Assembly (NCBI GenBank): GCA_002269645.1
Contig: NIVC01000222.1
Coordinates: 348,793 to 412,792, forward strand
Source: Macrostomum lignano
Taxonomy: Eukaryota
Direction of reading: 5' to 3'
Length of the DNA stretch: 64,000 nucleotides
Under the pieces are notes generated by a model that saw only the letters and a list, made by a program, of their open reading frames with translations, did not search any database and had not been told where the DNA came from. The translations under genes and the position numbers were made by a program. This document shows, piece by piece, positions 61,945 through 64,000 of the stretch (positions are counted from its first letter, which is position 1; the number at the start of each line of letters is the position of its first letter).

Positions 61945-62600
61945 GAAATTGAAGTGAGATCCTAAATGAGATTGAAGTGAGATCCTAAATGAGATTGAAG
62001 TGAGATCCTAAATGAGATTGAAGTGAGATCCTAAATGAGATTGAAGTGAGATCCTAAATGAGATTGAAGTGAGATCCTAAATGAGATTGAAGTGAGATCC
62101 TAAATGAGATTGAATTGAGATCTCAGTCAGATGGAAGTGAGATCTCAATGAGATTGAAGTGAGATCTCAATGAGATTGAAGTGAGATCCTAAATGAGATT
62201 GAAGTGAGATCTCAATGAGATTGAAGTGAGATCTCAATGAGATTGAAGTGAGATCTCAATGAGATTGAAGTGAGATCTCAATGAGATTGAAGTGAGATCT
62301 CAATGAGATTGAAGTGAGATCTCAATGAGATTGAAGTGAGATCTCAATGAGATTGAAGTGAGATCTCAATGAGATTGAATTGAGATCTCAATGAGATTGA
62401 AGTGAGATTGAAGTGGAATATAAAAGAGATTGAACAGAGATCCTAAATTAGACTAAAGTGTGATCCCAATGAGACTGAGGTGCGATCTCAATGAGACTGA
62501 ATTGCGATCTCAATGAGATTGAAGTGAGATCTCAATGAGATTGAAGTGAGATTTCAATGAGACTGAAGTGAGATCTCAATGAGACTGAAGTGAGATCTCC
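61945..62600. repeat. 22/23-bp minisatellite (GTGAGATCCTAAATGAGATTGAA grading into GTGAGATCTCAATGAGATTGAA)
   Basis: Direct reading. Confidence 0.93.
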
Positions 62601-63231
62601 ATTAGAGCCCTAACTACCAGTAAGAGCCAGGTGAACACATATTGAGGGCAGAATTTTTACAAGTAGTAAATTCAGGTAACAAACAAACCCTGAGGTGAAA
62701 AACGACAAATGCAAAGCAGATGGTACCTTAATTAAGTGCCAATTACAAATTTACCTAGAAAATATTTTGCCTCACACACCGGAACCGAAGCGCTGGTAAC
62801 CGCATCAGTCACCCTATGCCAAATCCTTAAGGTCAAAGGTTGCAATTAGGCTTAGGTGTTACAATCAATTGGCTTTTGCGTGAGTGGACCAATACATGTT
62901 AATCATAAATAGGCTATATTGTGTGCGACTGTAAATCAATTTTCATTAAGAGGGTGGAGCGTACGCTGCCATTTGTCACACTGCTGTTCTACAATTATTT
63001 ATTGCCAAAAGAAAAGAGTACCTGATCTCCATGGTGCTCATCACACTTCCTGATTCTCACTCCTGACTCTTAATCTCTCACACTTCCTTCTCTTTTATGG
63101 GTAGAAACTCAGCCTTCTGGAGGGCATGAGGTTATGACCTCCACTCTAGAGACGACTTCCCGTTTGAATTCGACCCGAGTAAACGCCTTTCCCAAACCGA
63201 TGTGACTCTCAAAAGGAAAAATCTCGGACCA

Positions 63232-63935
63232 TAGCACTCTCCTCTCACTCCGTCTCTCGCACTCTGTCACTCTCCTCTCACTCCGTCTCTCGCACTCTGT
63301 CACTCTCCTTATCACTCCGTCTTTTTCACTCTGTCACTCTCCTCTCACTCCATCTCTCGCACTCTGTCACTCTCCCTATCACTCCGTCTCTTTCACTCTG
63401 TCACTCTCCTCTCACTCCGTCTCTCGCATTCTGTCACTCTCCTCTCACTCCGTCTCTTTCACTCCGTCACTCAGCCTCTCTCACTCCGTCTCTTGCACTC
63501 TGTCACTCACCCTCTCTCACTCCGTCTCTCGCACTCTGTCACTCTCCCTATCACTCCGTCTCTTTCACTCTGTCACTCTCCTCTCACTCCGTCTCTCGCA
63601 TTCTGTCACTCTCCTCTCACTCCGTCTCTTTCACTCCGTCACTCAGCCTCTCTCACTCCGTCTCTTGCACTCTGTCACTCACCCTCTCTCACTCCGTCTC
63701 TCGCACTCTGTCACTCTCCCCTATCACTCCGTCTCTTTCACTCTGTCACTCTCCTCTCACTCCGTCTCTCGCATTCTGTCACTCTCCTCTCACTCCGTCT
63801 CTTTCACTCCGTCACCGCCTCTCACTCACTCTCTCACTCCGTCTTGCACTCTGTCACTCACCCTCTCTCTCACTCCGTCTCTCGCACTCTGTCACTAACC
63901 CTATCACTCCGTCTCTTGCACTCTGTCACTCGCAA
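63232..63935. repeat. About 33-bp CT-rich minisatellite (CACTCTGTCACTCTCCTCTCACTCCGTCTCTCG-type)
   Basis: Direct reading. Confidence 0.92.
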
Positions 63936-64000
63936 ACTGTCACTCCAACTCTAACACATTGTCATTGTCATCTTATCATTCAACTGAAATTACGCGCTTA

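Overview
Animal (eukaryotic) genomic DNA with GT-AG spliced genes and a different minisatellite in almost every large intron or intergenic gap. This style suggests a free-living flatworm such as Macrostomum, but that is inference only. Most long ORFs in the supplied track are artefacts of tandem repeats. Threading exons by hand, with splice phases checked, gives these genes: an unknown 2-exon gene (4115-5641, +); an intronless Zn-finger/coiled-coil/NHL-propeller gene (7635-9140, -) with a decayed tandem paralog (9355-10276, -); an 8-exon MAP10/KIAA1383-like gene (11218-17526, -); a 4-exon SEC14L2-like CRAL-TRIO/GOLD gene (20293-23322, +); an orphan Gln-rich 790-aa ORF (24158-26530, -); a 3-exon calcitonin/DH31-type neuropeptide precursor (28300-32249, -), which the ORF track does not show as a unit; a disrupted SLC35A4-like nucleotide-sugar transporter (36151-37127, +); a 5-exon LRR-Ig single-pass receptor (43822-51304, +); and a 2-exon PPP1R3-type glycogen-targeting PP1 subunit (55897-57772, -). 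There are also a hAT-type MITE, small palindromic elements and many satellites. I found no rRNA, tRNA or CRISPR array. The best finding is the predicted 32-residue amidated peptide YCGFLDLGGHCDAMHGAELLDQILHLSRPGGP-NH2, which combines a calcitonin-type Cys ring with DH31-like LDLG and GGP-amide motifs. Next is a MAP10 intron built from about 36 in-frame copies of its own 5' splice site. All family assignments come from remembered sequences, not database searches.
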